Source: the human T2T-CHM13v2.0 reference genome, Homo sapiens
Length of the DNA: 64,000 nt
Strand: one strand, 5' to 3'
NCBI RefSeq assembly: GCF_009914755.1
Contig: NC_060927.1
The notes below the pieces were generated by a model, which saw only the letters and a program-made list of their open reading frames with translations, was not told where the DNA came from and searched no databases. Positions 61,807 to 64,000 of this stretch are shown here, one piece after another. The translations under genes were made by a program, and so were the position numbers. Within the stretch, counting starts at the first letter, position 1, and each line of letters starts with the position of its first letter.

Positions 61807-64000
61807 CCCCCATCCCCCACACACAAAAGTTCAAAAAACAACTTAATTATGCACCTTAAGGAACTAAAAAAGTAAGAACAAACCAAACCCAAAATTAAGT
61901 CAAGGAAAGAAGTAATAAAAATCAGAACTAAAATAAGTGAAATTGACACCAAAAATAATATAAAAGATCAGAAAAACAAAATGTTGTTTTTTAAATAAGA
62001 AAAAATTAACAAACCATTAGACTAAGAAAATAAGGAGAGAAGATACAAATAAATTAAATCAGAAGTGAAAAACGAGACACAACAACTGAGACCACAGAAA
62101 TTCAAGCTATCATTACAGACTATTATGAACAACTATACTCCAACAAATTGGAAAACCTGGGGGGAATGGATAAATTCCTGGACACATAAACCTACTGAGA
62201 TTGAGCCAGGAAGACATAGGAAGTCCGAATAGACCAATGAAGACTTACAAGATTGCAGCAGTAATATAAAGTCTCCCAAGAAAAAAACATTTTTGAAAGG
62301 GAAGGAATTCTTCCAAACTCATTTTATGAGGCTAGCATTACCCTAATACCAACAGCAAACAACACAACAAAAAAAGAAAACTATAGGCTAATATCCCTCA
62401 TGAACACAGATGCAAAAATCCTCAACAAAATACTAGCAAACAAAGTCTAACAGCACATCAAAAAGATTATACACTATGATCAAGTGGGATTTATCCCAGG
62501 AATGCAAGGATATTTAAATATACACAAATCAACACACGTAAGACATCACATTAACAGAAAGACCAAAGCCATTTGATCATCTGAATAGACGCAAAAAACA
62601 TTTGATAAAATTCAGCATTGTTTCATGATAAAAACTCCCAATAAAGTAGATATACAAGGAATGTACCTAAATACAATAAAACCATATATGACAAATCCAC
62701 AGCCAAAATCATACGGAATGAGGACAAGTTAAAATCTTATATTTAGGAAAGCTAAAGACTCCACAAAACAACTCCTAGAACTGTTAAACCAATTTAATGA
62801 AGTTGCAGGATACAATATTAACAAACAAACAAAATTAGTAGCATTTCTACAGACTAACAGCTAACTATGTGAAAAGAAATCAAAGCATAAATCCCATTTA
62901 CAATAGCTACCAAAAATACATAAGAATACATTTAACCATGAAAATGAAAGACCTCTACAATGAAAACTATAAAAGACTAATGAAGGAATTGAAGAGAACA
63001 CAAAAAATGGGAAGACATCCCATGTTCATATATTGGAAGAACAAATCTTGTTAAAATGACCATACTCCCTAAGAATCCTGTGGATTCAACGCAATCCCTA
63101 GCAAAATACCAGTGATAGAGAAAACATTCCTAAAATTTGTATGGAACCTCAAAAGACCTCAAGTAGCCAAAGCAATTTTGAGCACAAGGAACAAAGCTGG
63201 CGACATTATAATACCCTAGTTCAAAATACACTACAACCAACAAGCTATAGCAACCAACACAGTATAGTACTTGCATAAAAACAGGCACACAGACGAAGAG
63301 AACAGAATAGAAAACCCAGGAATATATTACCTATTTATAGCCAACTGATTTTCGACAAAGCCATGAGGAACGTACACTGGGGAAAGAACAGTCTCTTCAA
63401 TAAATAGTGTTGGGATTAATAGTCATATGCAGATGAATGAAACTAAACCCTTGTCTCTCCTTTATATGAAAATAAACTCAAAATGGATTAAAGACTCACA
63501 ACTATGAAACCACTAGAAGAAAACGGAGGAGAAACACTTCAAGTCATTGGACTGGGCAAGGATTTCATGGCTACAGTCTCAAAAGCACAGGAAACAAAAG
63601 GAAAAATAGACATATGAGATTATATCAAACTAAAATACTACTGCACAGCAAAGGAAGCAATCAATAGAATAATGAGGCAACCTGCAGAACAAAAAGAAAT
63701 ATTTGCAAACTATTCTTCTACTAAGGCATTAATATCCAGAATAGACAAAGAACTCAAACCACCCAACAGCAAAAAACAAACAAACAAATAGTATGATTTA
63801 AAAATGAGCAAAGGATCTGAATAGACATTTCTCAAAGACACAAACGGTCAACAAGCACATAAAAAAATTTAACATCACTAGTGAATAGGGAAATGAAAGT
63901 CAAAACCATAATGAGATATTATCTTTCCCTGGCTAGAATACAATGTTTATATATGGGGAATGTTTATTGCAGCACAATTCACAATAGCCAAGATAAACAA

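Larger units (their letters stand above)
59030..64000 (+). mobile_element. Large degenerate L1MA/L1PB-like element (ORF1 and ORF2 remnants), runs off the right end
   Basis: Colinear similarity to L1 ORF1/ORF2 (gatgcaaaaatcctcaacaaaatactagcaaac; gatcaagtgggatttatccc) without long ORFs. Confidence 0.85.

Overview
Primate (very probably human) genomic DNA, AT-rich and dense in repeats. The minus strand carries 13 consecutive internal coding exons of SLC9C1 (sNHE, sperm Na+/H+ exchanger), from 56310 down to 2298. All have GT-AG boundaries and compatible phases, and together they cover the linker, voltage-sensor domain, cyclic-nucleotide-binding domain (CNBD) and part of the C-terminus. The gene extends beyond both ends of the window. 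The introns hold a young, 5'-truncated processed retrocopy of INAVA/C1orf106 (18423-21091, same strand as the host, perfect TSD, pure 40-nt polyA), a full-length but dead L1PA, several truncated L1s, Alus, MIR/L2 and MER58. Three observations stand out: (i) the 99-nt in-frame CNBD exon is tightly clamped by inverted Alus; (ii) the sense-oriented INAVA retrocopy brings an open frame, a CpG-rich patch and a polyA signal just upstream of the CNBD exons; (iii) neighbouring L1 copies share rare variants, suggesting local gene conversion. No prokaryotic-type system (CRISPR etc.) is present. Gene names, exon numbers and repeat subfamilies come from recognition or memory, not from a database search.
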